From Octopus sinensis (taxonomy: Eukaryota), in NCBI RefSeq assembly GCF_006345805.1, contig NC_043009.1, forward strand, positions 2,170,001 through 2,234,000: DNA of 64,000 nt, written 5' to 3'. The notes beneath the pieces were generated by a model, which worked only from the letters and a program-made list of their open reading frames with translations, was not told the DNA's origin and searched no databases. Shown piece by piece: positions 40,093 through 53,718 of this stretch (position 1 is its first letter; every line of letters starts with the position of its first letter). The translations under genes were made by a program, and so were the position numbers.

Positions 40093-40191
40093 TTCCTTGT
40101 CTTTCCTGATGAGAAGACGGCATAATGCACCCTTTATTCCTTCGGAATTAGGAATATGCAGTCTTCGAAACATATGTCAAGAATAAAGGAA
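40093..40191 (+). ncRNA. Type-I hammerhead ribozyme with extended helix II
   Basis: CTGATGA (40106-12), GAAGAC/GTCTTC 6 bp, GCATA/TATGC, ATTCC/GGAAT, GAAA-C-ATAT-G-TC| (cleavage after 40178); helix I partly decayed (TTCCTT/AAGGAA distal part intact). Confidence 0.8.
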
Positions 40192-40228
40192 TTTTGTTAA
40201 ATCGCCGTTCGACTCCATTCTTTCATTT

Positions 40229-40287
<59 letters not shown>

Positions 40288-40315
40288 TATAATATATATA
40301 TATAATATATACATT

Positions 40316-40356
<41 letters not shown>

Positions 40357-41027
40357 ATATAATATACATACAACACACATATACACACATACACGCACAC
40401 ACACACATACACACACACACACACCACAACACACACCACACCCACACCACATATATTATATTATATATATATATATATATATAATATATATATATGTATG
40501 TATTATTCGGTTATATATGATTTGGATACCGTGCAATGTCAAGATCCGCTGGCTCCTAACAGACCCTGTGTCGTCAGGCTTATCGAATATATCCGAGAAA
40601 ACGGAGGGATATAGGAAGTCCAATATAGCTATCGGGAGATGGGCGACAATAGTTCAAGGATGGTCACATGGTGCCACACTGGATGGTATTGTTTGGTAAG
40701 CGACTGCAGTTCCACGAGAAAAGAGGGTTTCTTTGACCTCGTGTTTTGGCAGGAAACTAGTGCCGACAGTGCGTCATGTGATCAGTTATCAGTGGGGCTT
40801 GTGAGCATACGGTCGCGAGTGCGCGCGTATATACGTGTGTGTGTGCGCGTATGTTTGTGTATGTGTAAGTTTGTATGCCTCTGTGCGCGCGTGTATATAT
40901 ATACTTATATATTTATACGCGTATGCTTTCACTCCCTTTCTCACTCACTCACACACGCGCACACACTTACACACGAACACAAACACACACGTATATAATA
41001 CATACAAACATATATGAATGGAGATTC

Positions 41028-41069
<42 letters not shown>

Positions 41070-41558
41070 ATAGAGAGAGAGAGAGAGGAGAGATAGATAT
41101 ATATATGTAGGAACCTACACTAACATGTACACTCACACAACATCCACCAAGTCGAACATCTAAATAGGAAGATGGCTATATGAAAACATATTTGGAAGCG
41201 CAGAAATCCAGATAGAGACAACGTTAACTAATATAAAAACCTAGAAAAGAGTACGGTTAATATCCATAAAATAAGGTTACGTAACATTTAAAAAATGAAC
41301 CTGGAAAGCGAGGCTTTGGGCAGGTTTTAGAGAAAATAATAATCAAAAGAAACTAAGCCGTAGAGAAATAAAAAATAACAAAAACATACGATTTATGTTT
41401 AAAAAAAACACAACTTGAACATTGCATTTTATTTTTAAAAGCAATAAATTCTTTAGAGAACCGTTTAGAGTGAAAGACATTTCAAGAAGCGGGAACGCAA
41501 ACGTAAATGCACATTCATACACATGCATATATAATATATATACATATATACATACATA

Positions 41559-41612
<54 letters not shown>

Positions 41613-41686
41613 TATATATATTGTATATATATATATATATACATACATACATAGATACATAGATACATATATATATATTTATAAAG

Positions 41687-41719
<33 letters not shown>

Positions 41720-42159
41720 GCATCTATGTATGTATTTGTGTGTTTGTGTGTATGCTTACGTGTGTATAAATATATATAAGTACTTATATTTATAATCACA
41801 CCCTTGTGAATCCATTTAGTTTCGTATTTCTCTGGTTCGTATTCATTGTTCGTTTAACACTCTATTGCACTTGTCACTCCCTCACACACACACACACACA
41901 CACAGTGTACCTCGCTCTCCTTTCTCCTGTCTCCCCCTACTTCTCATCATCTCGCACTTCTCATCTTCGTCTTGTCCATCTTCTTCTAGAACATGGAAAA
42001 TATACTTTTTTTCTTGCTCTCCCATTTGTTGTTTTCTCCTTTTTTCCTCTCCTTTACTCTTCCTCGTTTCATCCTTTCTTCCTCATCCGTCTTCAGCGTC
42101 TTCATCACAATCTTAACGACTTCTATTATTACTATCAAACGTTTTCATACTCCAGAATT

Positions 42160-42233
42160 TCTTCTTCTTCTTCTTCTTCTTCTTCTTCTTCTTCTTCTTC
42201 TTCTTCTTCTTCTTCTTCTTCTTCTTCTTCTTC

Positions 42234-42269
<36 letters not shown>

Positions 42270-42282
42270 TACTTCTTCTTCG

Positions 42283-42317
<35 letters not shown>

Positions 42318-42330
42318 TTCTTCTTCTCTT

Positions 42331-42362
<32 letters not shown>

Positions 42363-42370
42363 TCTTCTTC

Positions 42371-42415
<45 letters not shown>

Positions 42416-42610
42416 GTCATCATCATCATCTTCTTTTTCTTCTTCTTTTTCATCATCATCATCATCATCATCATCTTCTTCTTCTTCTTCTTCATCATCA
42501 TCATCATCATCATCTTTTTCTTCTTCTTCTTCTTCTTCTTCTTCCCCTTCTCTTCTTCTTCTTCTTCTTCTTCTTCTTCTCCTTCTTTTTCTTCTTCTTC
42601 TCCTTCTTCT
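42160..42610. repeat. (TCT)n/(TCA)n mosaic
   Basis: Direct reading; source of the long poly-S/H/L ORFs. Confidence 0.95.
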
Positions 42611-42787
42611 TCCCTCCTTCTCAGCCCTGCAATTTTTCTCTCTGTCTGTTTCACCCTTCTCTTTTTCTCGTTACATTTCATCATTCCTATTCTTAATAAA
42701 TCTATTGCATATTTTTGTGTCTTAACGTGTAATGTTTGCATTATTTTTCGACGGTCCCTTCGCACACACACCACACACACACACACA

Positions 42788-42824
<37 letters not shown>

Positions 42825-43487
42825 TGTACCCTTTTTCTCTTCCCCTCCCAAACACAGTTTGTTTCTGTGTCTTTACAATATTCTTTCCTTTACAATTTTC
42901 AATTTTTTTTTCCTTCTTATTTTGGTTATTTTCAATTCATTCTACAAAATTCTTCAGAAACATCAACTGACAGATTTTCAAATCTCTTCTTACATTATGG
43001 AACAAAATGACACTTGAGCCCACGTTTAAGGTTGAAATTACTAGCACTTATCCACCGAAAACCGAAGTTCATCTCAACTGCAAAACCCCAACTGCAATAT
43101 TAATAATTCCTGACAAGACATTTTAGTAAAGTGAATATTGTGTATTAAATAAAAAGGTAGAAATACAACAATAGCAATAACGATAACGATAACAAAAAAA
43201 AAAACAATGATATTAACAATAACAGTAATATGCATTATATATTATAAATGTGTGTAGCTCTTTATTTGTGAAAATGTATGTTTGCACACTCAAAGACAGA
43301 ACCGCATCTGTCATACACGTCCTTGTCACACTTATCTTTTCAATTACTCTATCCCATACATGTATTTATGTTAGCATGTATGTAGGTCGGTATGTAGTAT
43401 AAATAAATATATATATATATATATATAGATTAATATATATATATATATACATACTTGTATATTTATACATACACACTCATATATATT

Positions 43488-43545
<58 letters not shown>

Positions 43546-43879
43546 TGTGTGTGTACGTAAATGTATATTCATATGCATTTACATATGTATCCGCGCATAT
43601 GTGTGTATTGTAAATACAATTCAAGTATAATTCTCTTTCTGTATTACAAGGCCATACATATTTATAAAACTGTGCAGAGTGCATATATTTATGAAATGAA
43701 TATGTATGCATATTATATAATATATATTATATATATACATACATAGTTGCGTGCAACTGTATATATATATATATAATATATATATATATAGATATGTACG
43801 TATATACATATATATGTGTATGCTTATATGTATGTATGTATATACATATATATAGGAGTGTGTATATATATATGCATAT

Positions 43880-43919
<40 letters not shown>

Positions 43920-44763
43920 CCTCTAGGTTCATATCCTCCATATAGTATAAGAATATATTTGCATATAAATATGTATTTATATATGTCAGTATGTATGTGT
44001 ATACACGTGTGTGGACACACATACACCTGCATAAACGTACCCAGAGTCAGGTGTGCCTGCATTCACACACACATACACACACACTCCCAAGGAAAAAAGA
44101 AAATACATACATATGTTGTTGTATGGTATAGCATTTAGATATTAAGGGTAATTAAAGTCTAATGTGTCACCTGTTTATAAATTCAAATATATGGAGAAAA
44201 AAAAAATAGAAATGAACATTTTCCCCACTCCCTATGGCCAAGCAATTCTATCTCCTTATTTTCTTGATTAAAATTCTGTGTGACACTTAGTTGCTGTGAA
44301 ATACCATAGTTTTATTTGAAATGATTCAGTGTTTTCATAAGGAATTCAAGATTGTTCACAGACGACGAATATTTTACAATACATTTTGTTTCATTTTCGT
44401 AGGGCCGTGGAGATTTAATAAATAAGATTTCTTTTGACTTCTGGAGAGTGTCTTAGAGTAAATCAATGCCGGTGGCAAACAGTTTAGGCGACATAATTTT
44501 AATGCCTGTTGTTGGATGCCGTTTCCAATCCATGCTACTAAAGCACTTAAGCATATACAGAAAAATTGAAGAATTAACAAGAAATCCTAAAAATATTGTG
44601 GACCACGTGAAAAAAAAAATGATAGAATTCATAATTTTCTACGTCATGTTTTATACACATACACACACATGCAAACACATATAAACACGCATATGTGTGT
44701 CTATGTGTGCGTGCGTGTGTGTTCTACTGTCTGTGTCTGTGTGACTGTGTGTGTACGTGTGAG

Positions 44764-44795
<32 letters not shown>

Positions 44796-45249
44796 ATACA
44801 TAAATTGATACACACTTACGAAGAAACGTGTTTATCCAGAATACCTTCATTTTTGTTAATATTAAATAATAGAGTTTTTAAATTATTTAATTGAATTATT
44901 TCAGTTAATTTAATTGTAATCACGATGTAGAGACAAATCATGTCTTTACATAATTGAATGTCTTAATTTAGTATAACTATATTAGAAAATTAATCTCTCT
45001 GTTCTAATAACGCCCTTCTACGGGTCATGGATTTCGTTTCACCTTTGTGTTATTAATGAAGAAAAAATGGTTCATTATTAAATAATAGCAAATAGCATAC
45101 AGTCGAGAAAATGATAGTTACTCCAAAAGAATTGTTAGCATAACCGGGATATATTTTGGGATCCCAGCGACCTTGCCTTTCATCAAGTGCGAACTACCAC
45201 TCTTATTCTCTTACCAATATTATTTATAGTGTTTATGTTTCTTCTCGAG

Positions 45250-45485
45250 CCATGCCAGTCTCCCAAGATCCGTTTTCTCGGTTTCAGTGGCGTAGGAATT
45301 CCCCACCTGGATGGGACGCCGGTCCGTCGCAGGATTACTCATTTTCGCCAGCTGAGTGGACTGGAGCAACGTGAAAATGAAGTGTTTTGCTCAAGAACAA
45401 AAACGCATCGGCAGGTCCAGGAATCGAAACCACAACCTTACGATCATGAATTCAACACCCTAACCATTAAGCTACTTGCCTCCAC
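45250..45485 (-). mobile_element. tRNA-derived SINE, head C + tail Y
   Basis: GGTCCAGGAATCGAAACCAC...CCCTAACCA; CTGGATGGGACGCC. Confidence 0.85.
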
Positions 45486-46047
45486 TTATAGTGTCTATAA
45501 ATGAAGGAAATTTTAGAGTAATTTCGCCCGGATACCAGACTTCATTATAATCAGTGTCACTCTTGTCATTTTCGCCTTAGTATTTATTTAGATCACAAGG
45601 AAATATACTGTCCAATAAGTGCATTTACTTGAAACTCCCCCAATTCCGAGGCTTTCAGAAAATCATGGATGTAAGGATTTTCACTTCAAAACTGTAAAAA
45701 GTAAATGAAATAAAATTCAAAACAATTCCCATTCAATTTATACTAAATTACTTAAAATTAAGTTCTATAATTAAGGAAAAGCTTAATCCCATGTATTCAT
45801 TCAATTAAACCAAGTGAGAAAAATTGCTCATGCAGAAACAAGAGACCATGTACAGGCTAGTCACTCATCGTTAATATAAACATCGATGAGGAACTTAACG
45901 CTAAATTATCAAACGCAGAATTTCTAAGGTAAAAATTCTAAGCTAAAAATAATATATTTCGGCAAATTACCACATCGGTTCTGTGATAGAAAATCAAAAC
46001 GTGCAGCCGTAGAACAAAAGTCTGTGAGTCATCAGACTCTAGTATTC

Positions 46048-46445
46048 TTTTGTTCTTTTACTTGTTCCAGTCATTCGACTGTGGCCATGCTGGAGCACCG
46101 CCTTTAGTCGAGAAAATCGACCCCAGGATTATTCTTTGTAAGCCTAGTGCTTATTTTATCGGTCTCTTTTGCCGAAGCGCTAGGTTAAGGGGACGTAAAC
46201 CCACCAACATCGGTTGTCAAGCGATGTTGGGGGGAAAAACACAGACACACAAACATACACACACATATATATATACATATATATGATGGGCTTCTTTCAG
46301 TTTCCGTCTACCAAATCCACTCACAAGGCATTGGTCGGCCCGAGGCTATAGCAGAATACACTCGCCCAAGGTACCACGCAGTGGGACTGAACCCGGAACG
46401 ATGTGGTTGGTAAGCAAGCTACTTACCACACAGTCACTCCTACAC
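46048..46445 (-). mobile_element. tRNA-derived SINE, family A (near full length)
   Basis: Colinear reverse complement of 21924-22330. Confidence 0.9.
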
Positions 46446-46464
46446 CTATTATTTTTCTTTTTTT

Positions 46465-46685
46465 TAAAGGGCGCGAGCTGATTGAGTCGCTAGCACGCGA
46501 GAAAAATGTTTAGTGTCATTTTGTCTCTATGTTCTGAGTTCCAATTCCGCCGAGTTCGACTTTGCTATTCATCGTTTCGGGGCCGATGAAATAAGTACCA
46601 GTTGGGTACTGGTGTCGATGTAAGTGTCTAGACCCCACCCTCCAAAAACAGTTCAAGCTTTGTGCCTATAGTAATAAGGATTATT
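46465..46685 (+). mobile_element. tRNA-derived SINE, family B, tail 2
   Basis: AAGGGCGCGAGCTG...GAGTTCCAATTCCGCCGAGTTCGACTTTG...CTTTGTGCCTATAGTAATAAGGATTATT. Confidence 0.8.
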
Positions 46686-47610
46686 AATCTCAATGATTAA
46701 TAATTCAAATTTCAGGTTAAGTTTTGATATTGCATAAACCTTGGGAATTCTTTCAGACTACTTGTTGTCCATTTTCAGGTCAGCCTTCAGCGAGCAATCT
46801 TATGAGAGTCAAATTAGCGGCAGATTCTCGAAGCATGATCCACAGAATTAACTTGGACAATTTTGAAAAATTGTATTGGCTGCTGCTTAACACTCTGACG
46901 ATGCTGTTCCTCTTAATTTTGCGTATATTTCTGCCTAGTGGTCAATTCTGATTGGAACCACAACGAAGGAGAGAAAGTTATTCTCTCGAATAAAAGACGT
47001 ATGCCTAACCGTACACTCGCCTATCACTGGAAAACTGCAATTCAACTCTTCACCCTATTTGACACTCTTCAATACACTTTTCTCTAAAAGCATTAGCGAG
47101 AATTTCTCAATGAATAAGAAGCAGTAAAAAGATTCTTCCAAGGCGGGCGCCGTCTGAGGCTTCTCAAATAAGACAATGGGACAGATTTTAATTATTCCCA
47201 AAACGGTAAAATGTCATTAATTGAACAGTTTGCTCGGTTATATAGCGATTCCATCATTCAGTTTTCGTCGAATTCAAAATAATTTTTTGTCTCATCTTTT
47301 ATATTCTAAATCAGTCTATCTTTGTTCCTCTTCAATTGTTTCCTCAAATTGCTTCCTCCTTCTATTTCATTGTCTTTCTTAAACACGATTTCCCCCCATT
47401 TCCTCTCCGTCTCTCTCCCACTATTCTTATACTTTTCCTACGGGTTTCGTTGTAATGGCGTGTTTCCTTTTCTTTCAATGTCGTCAGACATTAACACTTT
47501 GAAGGTTTTAATGCTTCATTCTCATTTATATACATATATACATATATGCACACATACATAGGCACCTCCACATACAAACACAGACACACAGATATATATG
47601 TATATATATA

Positions 47611-47651
<41 letters not shown>

Positions 47652-48159
47652 ATATACGCATACGTATATATGTATATATATATATATATATACACACACA
47701 CATACGTATATATGTATATATATATATATATATGCATATATACATACACACACACACAAACACGCACACAAACGCACACACACACATATTATATATATAT
47801 ATGTATATACATATATATACATATATATATATATATGTGTGTGTGTATGTGTGCATGCATGCGTGTGTATGTGTGTGCCAAATTTTGCTTAATACTGAAG
47901 CATTACGAAAACTTTAATTGACATCGTTTTATAGAAGGTGTTAATAATTTAGACAGAACACTCGATTCTGAAAGATAATACGACAGATATTAATTTTTTT
48001 TCTCATAGGAATACGTAAGTGATCCTAAACTTTGCATTAATGGCTTTCTTTTCATAATTTACTGAAGAGGGGACACGAATCCAATTTTGTTGCCCCGTTG
48101 ATTTATTGTTTCGTATATTCACTGACGAATATACATACGTCATTTAACGACTAAGTGTC

Positions 48160-49135
48160 GAAGAGCATTCCTTGACCAGGTTTGTATGCATGATGCTGAT
48201 AACATCATAAGACTTGGAAGTCAGCTCCTTGAGCAACGTTTTTATCTGATAACCTACAAATTGTTTCCCGAAAGGCTCACGTCTCTACCGCAATGTATTA
48301 TCAGATGAAAGGATGAGCCTATATGAGCAGAAGACTATGCATGCGTGTGTTAGTAGTAGAAAGCACTAAACTGATACTAACATTCATCCTCAAAGCAGTC
48401 TTTCATGAAGCAATAATAGCCAGATTACCACCTCCCAGTTTGAAGGGTATGCGTTTGCAATCCAGGAACAGGAAATATCATCCAATTACTTGATGCACAA
48501 ATGTGACAGAGATGCAGAAAAAGCAGTAAAATGTAACAAGCGATGCAAACTTTAGGAGTTAACACTGTAGATATCACCCACACCATTAGCAGTTGTCCGA
48601 AAATGTTATCTAGGTATTATCTACAGAGGAAGCATGATGTAGCCAGGACACTATATAATGAAATCCATTGGAAGGATTACCCTGAGGACAAAGAAATAAG
48701 AACCCAAAGTATGGTAGAGTCATAGCAGCTCATAATAAAAAAAAAGTACTAGTGCAATGCCCTAGTGAAGACCGCAATAAAATGTAAGCACAACAAACCT
48801 GATATAAGGATTTGGAATAGAGAGGAGAAACTGTGCATAGTTGCGGAAAATAGCTGCCCAGCGGATGTTAACATAAAGCTGATGTTCTATGAAAAAGAGA
48901 ATACCTACGTCGAACTATTGATAAATCTGCAGTTACTATATCCATGATACAAGTTCAGGTTTACACCTGTAATTATTGGGGCCCTGAGATATGTAAACAC
49001 ACTGCCTAGATACCACTCTTGAGAAATTAAGCCTCTTAAAACCAGAAAGGAAAAAGCTGTTACGAAGACTACAGATCCAATCCATTACTAGAACTGTAAA
49101 AATCTGTAAAACTAAGAAATCTGACCACTGAAAAA
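48160..49135 (+). mobile_element. Old RLE-type non-LTR retrotransposon C-terminus (zinc knuckle + endonuclease), divergent family
   Basis: SQFEGYAFAIQEQEI, RCKL*GVNTVDITHTISSC (CCHC-like), KHDVA, KPDIRIW..E.SCP, EKENTY, PVIIGAL; several stops and frameshifts. Confidence 0.88.
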
Positions 49136-49318
49136 AGATTGTTCTCAAGAAAATTCAGTAAACGACAGAACGTAAGCGAGCAAGACAAATGAAAAGATAC
49201 AAAATATAAAGATTAGTCACAAATCAAGTTCCATTTTTACTACTTACGTAATACTTACGTAAATGTCCGCAATTCATCAGTGTGATCGTCATAGCAAAAT
49301 ATTACCTGCAGAACTATA

Positions 49319-49448
49319 CACGTGACGTCCGCATGAGATTGAACATGCATACAGTTCTACCAATTACATTTGGGATTATATTTCAAAAGTCTTCGTTTTG
49401 GCGCGCCAAAGTAACGGAAATTATTCTGCAGAAAATAATTTTCTGCAG
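49319..49448. promoter_or_regulatory. Cluster of E-box/CRE-like and palindromic E2F-like motifs plus a 10-bp hairpin
   Basis: CACGTGACGTC (49319-49329), TTTGGCGCGCCAAA (49397-49410), CTGCAGAAAA-TAA-TTTTCTGCAG (49426-49448); function unproven. Confidence 0.2.
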
Positions 49449-49591
49449 TGAATTTTGCCGGTTAGAGAACATGATTATTTAAATTTAAATAATAAGGGAA
49501 ATTGAATATTAATTTGATTAATATCAATTTAAATCCAGTTGCCTAGCATATTGAAATATCTGAAGATTCAGAAAATTTATATTACATACAT

Positions 49592-49721
49592 ATAAGAGGG
49601 ATGACCACTAAGTGGGCTTCAATTCTGCTAGAGATAGAGAACAATCTCTTCTTACAGGTCAGTCCATATGGGGTCTACCCCTAGCATAATGGATGTTCAC
49701 TTAGTGGTCATATCCTCTTAT
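49592..49721. mobile_element. ~130-bp MITE-like element with ~23-bp terminal inverted repeats
   Basis: ATAAGAGGGATGACCACTAAGTG ... CACTTAGTGGTCATATCCTCTTAT in TA-rich flanks. Confidence 0.7.
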
Positions 49722-49730
49722 TTGTATATG

Positions 49731-49770
<40 letters not shown>

Positions 49771-50823
49771 CCATATATGTATATAGGTTCATCTTTATGT
49801 CTGTGTATTTGTGTCTGTGTTTATCCACCAGTATCACCTGATAAACCTTATTGGTGTGTTTTGTACGCTTATGCTTACGGTTTCTCGGAAAGAGACCGAC
49901 CGAATCAGTACCAAAGTGAAAAACACCCCCAGAAACTCAAACACTGTGCTCGATTATTTCGATTAAATCCTCCGAGGCGGTTCCCCATCATCGACGCAAT
50001 TTAAATGACTGAAGGAAGTAAATGATACAAGGTAAAAAGATTTAAAACCTTTCTGACCGAGACATTTTGGAATTACGTGAAACTGAAGCAAACTGTAGTG
50101 GAATGGAATGGTGGAATGACCCATAAGAAAATTTATGAAAAATCTACCCTTCGATGTGCATCCAGTATGAATTCACAAATCGCACATATACTATTCTTCC
50201 CGAACCAAATCCACCATCGATCCATTATATTCATAGTTAGAATGCATTACAAAAATACTTGTTTGAAACGCTTTTCATGGCGATACGAATAACTTGTATG
50301 CCACCAGGAATATATCGGACAACCAGAGAAATGATCAAATTTCAATGTCCAAGTTATCTGAATTACACTACTTTAAATAAAACATAATTGAACATACATA
50401 TAGGTGTGTGTATTGTAGGTTCGTGAGTCGGCTGTTTTTTTAGGCGTAAGAGAATATGTTCTCAATGCGCCTTGTGTTAAAAAGATCTGCAAGTAAGTCA
50501 TAGGCAAACGAGACAACTCATATTGGGTCCTTTTTGGACCGATAGACATCGATGTTTCATAATTGTGACTTTTCAAAGCCGCGTACCGAACAAAGCCTAC
50601 TGCAAGCTATAACGCCGACTGTGACTATATGCTAAATAGTTTAAAACTCATCTGCTGGCAAGTCCCAACGTTTTATGCTACAAAAAGAAATTCAAATATG
50701 AATGAGAAGCAGTTCAACGTAAATAGGCAGAATCGAACACTCATACACAAGGCGTGTGTGTATGTGTGTATTGTTAGTTCGTTGGTCGGCTGCGTTTAGT
50801 CAAAATGCTTACTCTCTCTTTCT

Positions 50824-51212
50824 CTTTTACTCTTTTACTTGTTTCAGTCATTTGACTGTGGCCATGCTGGAGCACCGCCTTTAGTCGAACAAGTCGACCC
50901 CCGGATTTGTTCTTTGTAAGCCTAGTACTTATTCTATCGGTGTCTTTTGCCGAAACGTTAAGTTACGGGGAACGAAACAACAAGCATCGGTTGTCAAGCG
51001 ATGTTGGGGGTACAAACACAGATACACAAATACACACACACACATATATATGTACATATATACGACGGGCTTCTTACAGTTTCCGTCTACCAAATCCACT
51101 CACAAGACTTTGATCGGCCCAAGACTATAGTAGAAGACATTTGCCTAAGGTGCCACTGAACCTCGGAACCATGTGGCTGGTAAGCTAGCAAGTTACCACA
51201 CAGCCACTCTTG
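50824..51212 (-). mobile_element. tRNA-derived SINE, family A
   Basis: Colinear with the other family-A copies. Confidence 0.9.
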
Positions 51213-51391
51213 TATATTTTCCTATTAGAAAGCATCTCCCCTATTGGAATCAATACTATACAAATATTGTGCTACCGTGTCTATTGAAGTATAAACGCGT
51301 AGCCGCGCTTGTCGTCTGGTTTCCAGACAATGAATGTATCTGTTCCTAAATGGCATGTGAATTTCATAGAATGATCGACATACATGTGTGT

Positions 51392-51431
<40 letters not shown>

Positions 51432-51990
51432 TATGTGAGCGTGAGTTCGCGTAAGTATATGCATTGGAAAATTATAATAAGCATAATATGCTGTTTATAA
51501 TATTTTTTCTGTACGTACGATTGGCAATTGTGGTTGCCTGTGCCATCTGCCATATATTATTTGTTCTGTACATCAAAGCCATTAATACAGCTATAAACAA
51601 TAAGCGAACCTCATTACTTGAAGTAGACTTGATGATGATGCGTCTACGCGGAACTCTAAATTGCCCATTAGGAATCGTACGTCTAACTGTACCCACAGGA
51701 AATATATATATATGTGTGTGTGTGTGTGTGCATGTATATATATTTTATTATATATATATAATATAATATATATATATAATGATATAATATATATATTATT
51801 TATGTACATATAAATACATAGATATACTACTTTACTCTACCTTGTGTATTCGAGTACTACTTTTCGACCTTGATTTGCAACGAATGTACTTGCTTGTGTG
51901 TGTGTCTATACATACTTACATACATACATATATACATACATACATTTATATTCATATACACAGATATACATACATTTACATATGTATGTT

Positions 51991-52030
<40 letters not shown>

Positions 52031-52087
52031 TATATATACACTTACATACACATGTATATATGCACATGTGTATGTGTGTTCTTGCGT

Positions 52088-52365
52088 CTTAAGGTGCATG
52101 GCTCAGTGTTTAAAGCGTCGGATTCGCCATTACGAGATAGTGAGTTCAATTCCCGACCGAGCTGAGTGTTGTGTTCTTGTGCGAGAGACTTAATTCCACG
52201 TAGCCCCAGTTCATTCAGTTGTTGAAACGGGTTGCGACGTCACGAGTGCCCAGCTTGTACTTTTCCCTTGGATAAACCACCTTGCCCGGACTTGTGCCTC
52301 GGAGGGGATCTCTGTAGGAGCATTCCTAAGGTCATTCATAACCGAATGTGGTCTTTACATTTACC
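52088..52365 (+). mobile_element. tRNA-derived SINE, head C + tail Z (degenerate)
   Basis: GGTGCATGGCTCAGTGTTTA...GAGTTCAATTCCC; tail CTTGCCCGGACTTGTGCCTCGGAGG...GGTCATTCATAACCGAA. Confidence 0.8.
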
Positions 52366-52404
52366 TATATATATAACTTCGTGCTGCATATAATATATAA
52401 TATA

Positions 52405-52442
<38 letters not shown>

Positions 52443-52457
52443 ATATATAATATATAT

Positions 52458-52729
52458 AATTGCAGCGTAGATGTTGTTTATAAGACGTTTAAAAACACAC
52501 AAAACCGTTAGATACATTTCAACATCTAAATTTAATTTGCCAAATTATTTTCGTTGCTTTGAGACCGCGACCTGTTCACTCACAAAATGTGGCACGGAAT
52601 TTTGTCAGTGAACAGGTCACGGTCTCAAAGCAAGGAAAATATTTTGGCAAATTAAATTTAGATACTGAGGTGAATCTAACGGTTTTGTGTGTTTTTAAAT
52701 GGCTTATAAACACCTCTCACGCTGCAATT
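52458..52729. repeat. 272-bp fold-back (about 130-bp arms, 10-nt loop)
   Basis: Left arm 52458-52588 is largely the reverse complement of 52599-52729; loop GTGGCACGGA. Confidence 0.9.
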
Positions 52730-53180
52730 GTTTTTGTTTCAGCTCACGATCTCAGATTAGGTCACTTGTTATGCAGGAACATCTCCGTAATATATCATAG
52801 AGCAAAAGATATATACATGTTTGTATATTTTGCACCATGATTTTATGAATATAATTTTGCACATGATTTTTCTATCGAATTCTTTATTCCAATTCTTGAA
52901 GCCGCTTTTCCTTATGATACATATTTTCTCTTAAATTTCACTTTATTTTTCTCTACCGCCATTGATCCTATTTCTTACTATCCGTGCTCCTTTTAGAAAT
53001 CCATGTCATCACGCTCTCTTCGTTGATCTCCCTCTTATTCCCGTTAATCTTTATACTGCATAATCTGTTAGCACACTCATCTTGTAACCATTTACAAATG
53101 TTATGTATTTTTCTTTGCGCCCTTCTTAGCGTAGGAAAAATACCTCGGAACACGTTCTTTATTTTCTTTTGTCACCCTTT

Positions 53181-53479
53181 TCAAGCCTAGCCAGGCCCAT
53201 GGGCCCGGCTTTCCAGTTTCTGTAGCGTATGTGTCCCCTCCCACCCAGCTGGATCGGACGCCAGTCCATCGCAGCGTTGCTCAAGTAACAGGAAGAAAGA
53301 GTGAGAGAAAGTTGTGGCGAAAGAGTACAACAGGGGTCGCCACCACTCCCTGCCGGAGCTGCGTGGAGCTTTTAGGTGTTTTCGATCAATAAACACACAC
53401 AACACGCGGTCTGGGATTCGAAACCACGATCCTCCGACCGCGAGTCCGCTGCCCTAAACACTGGGCCATTGTGCCTCCA
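53181..53479 (-). mobile_element. tRNA-derived SINE, head D + tail Y
   Basis: Colinear with 35842-36132. Confidence 0.88.
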
Positions 53480-53485
53480 CAAAAT

Positions 53486-53718
53486 GCCTAGCCAGGCTCA
53501 TGGGCCCGGTTTCCCGGTTTCAATGGCGTATGTGTTCCCCAATTGGACGGCACGCCAGTGCAGCGCAGCGTTACTCATTTATGCCGACTGAATGGACTGG
53601 AGCAACGTGAAATGACGTGTTTTGCTCAAGAACACAACGTGTCACCCGGTCCAGGAATCGAGACCGCAATCTTACGATCATGATGCTGACACACTAACCA
53701 CTAAGCCACGCGCCTCCA
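53486..53718 (-). mobile_element. tRNA-derived SINE, head C + tail Y, directly adjacent to the previous copy
   Basis: Same GCCTAGCCAGG..CATGGGCCCGG tail, different head/body. Confidence 0.88.

Noticed and set aside
40563-40695. Exon-like segment ending in GTAAGC; also minus-strand donors at ~28590 and ~37229
   Set aside because: Weak acceptors, unrecognisable or stop-containing frames, and no consistent gene model.
41806-42970. 296-aa and 325-aa ORFs
   Set aside because: Poly-S/H/L/F/I products of TCT/TCA repeats that lack stop codons.
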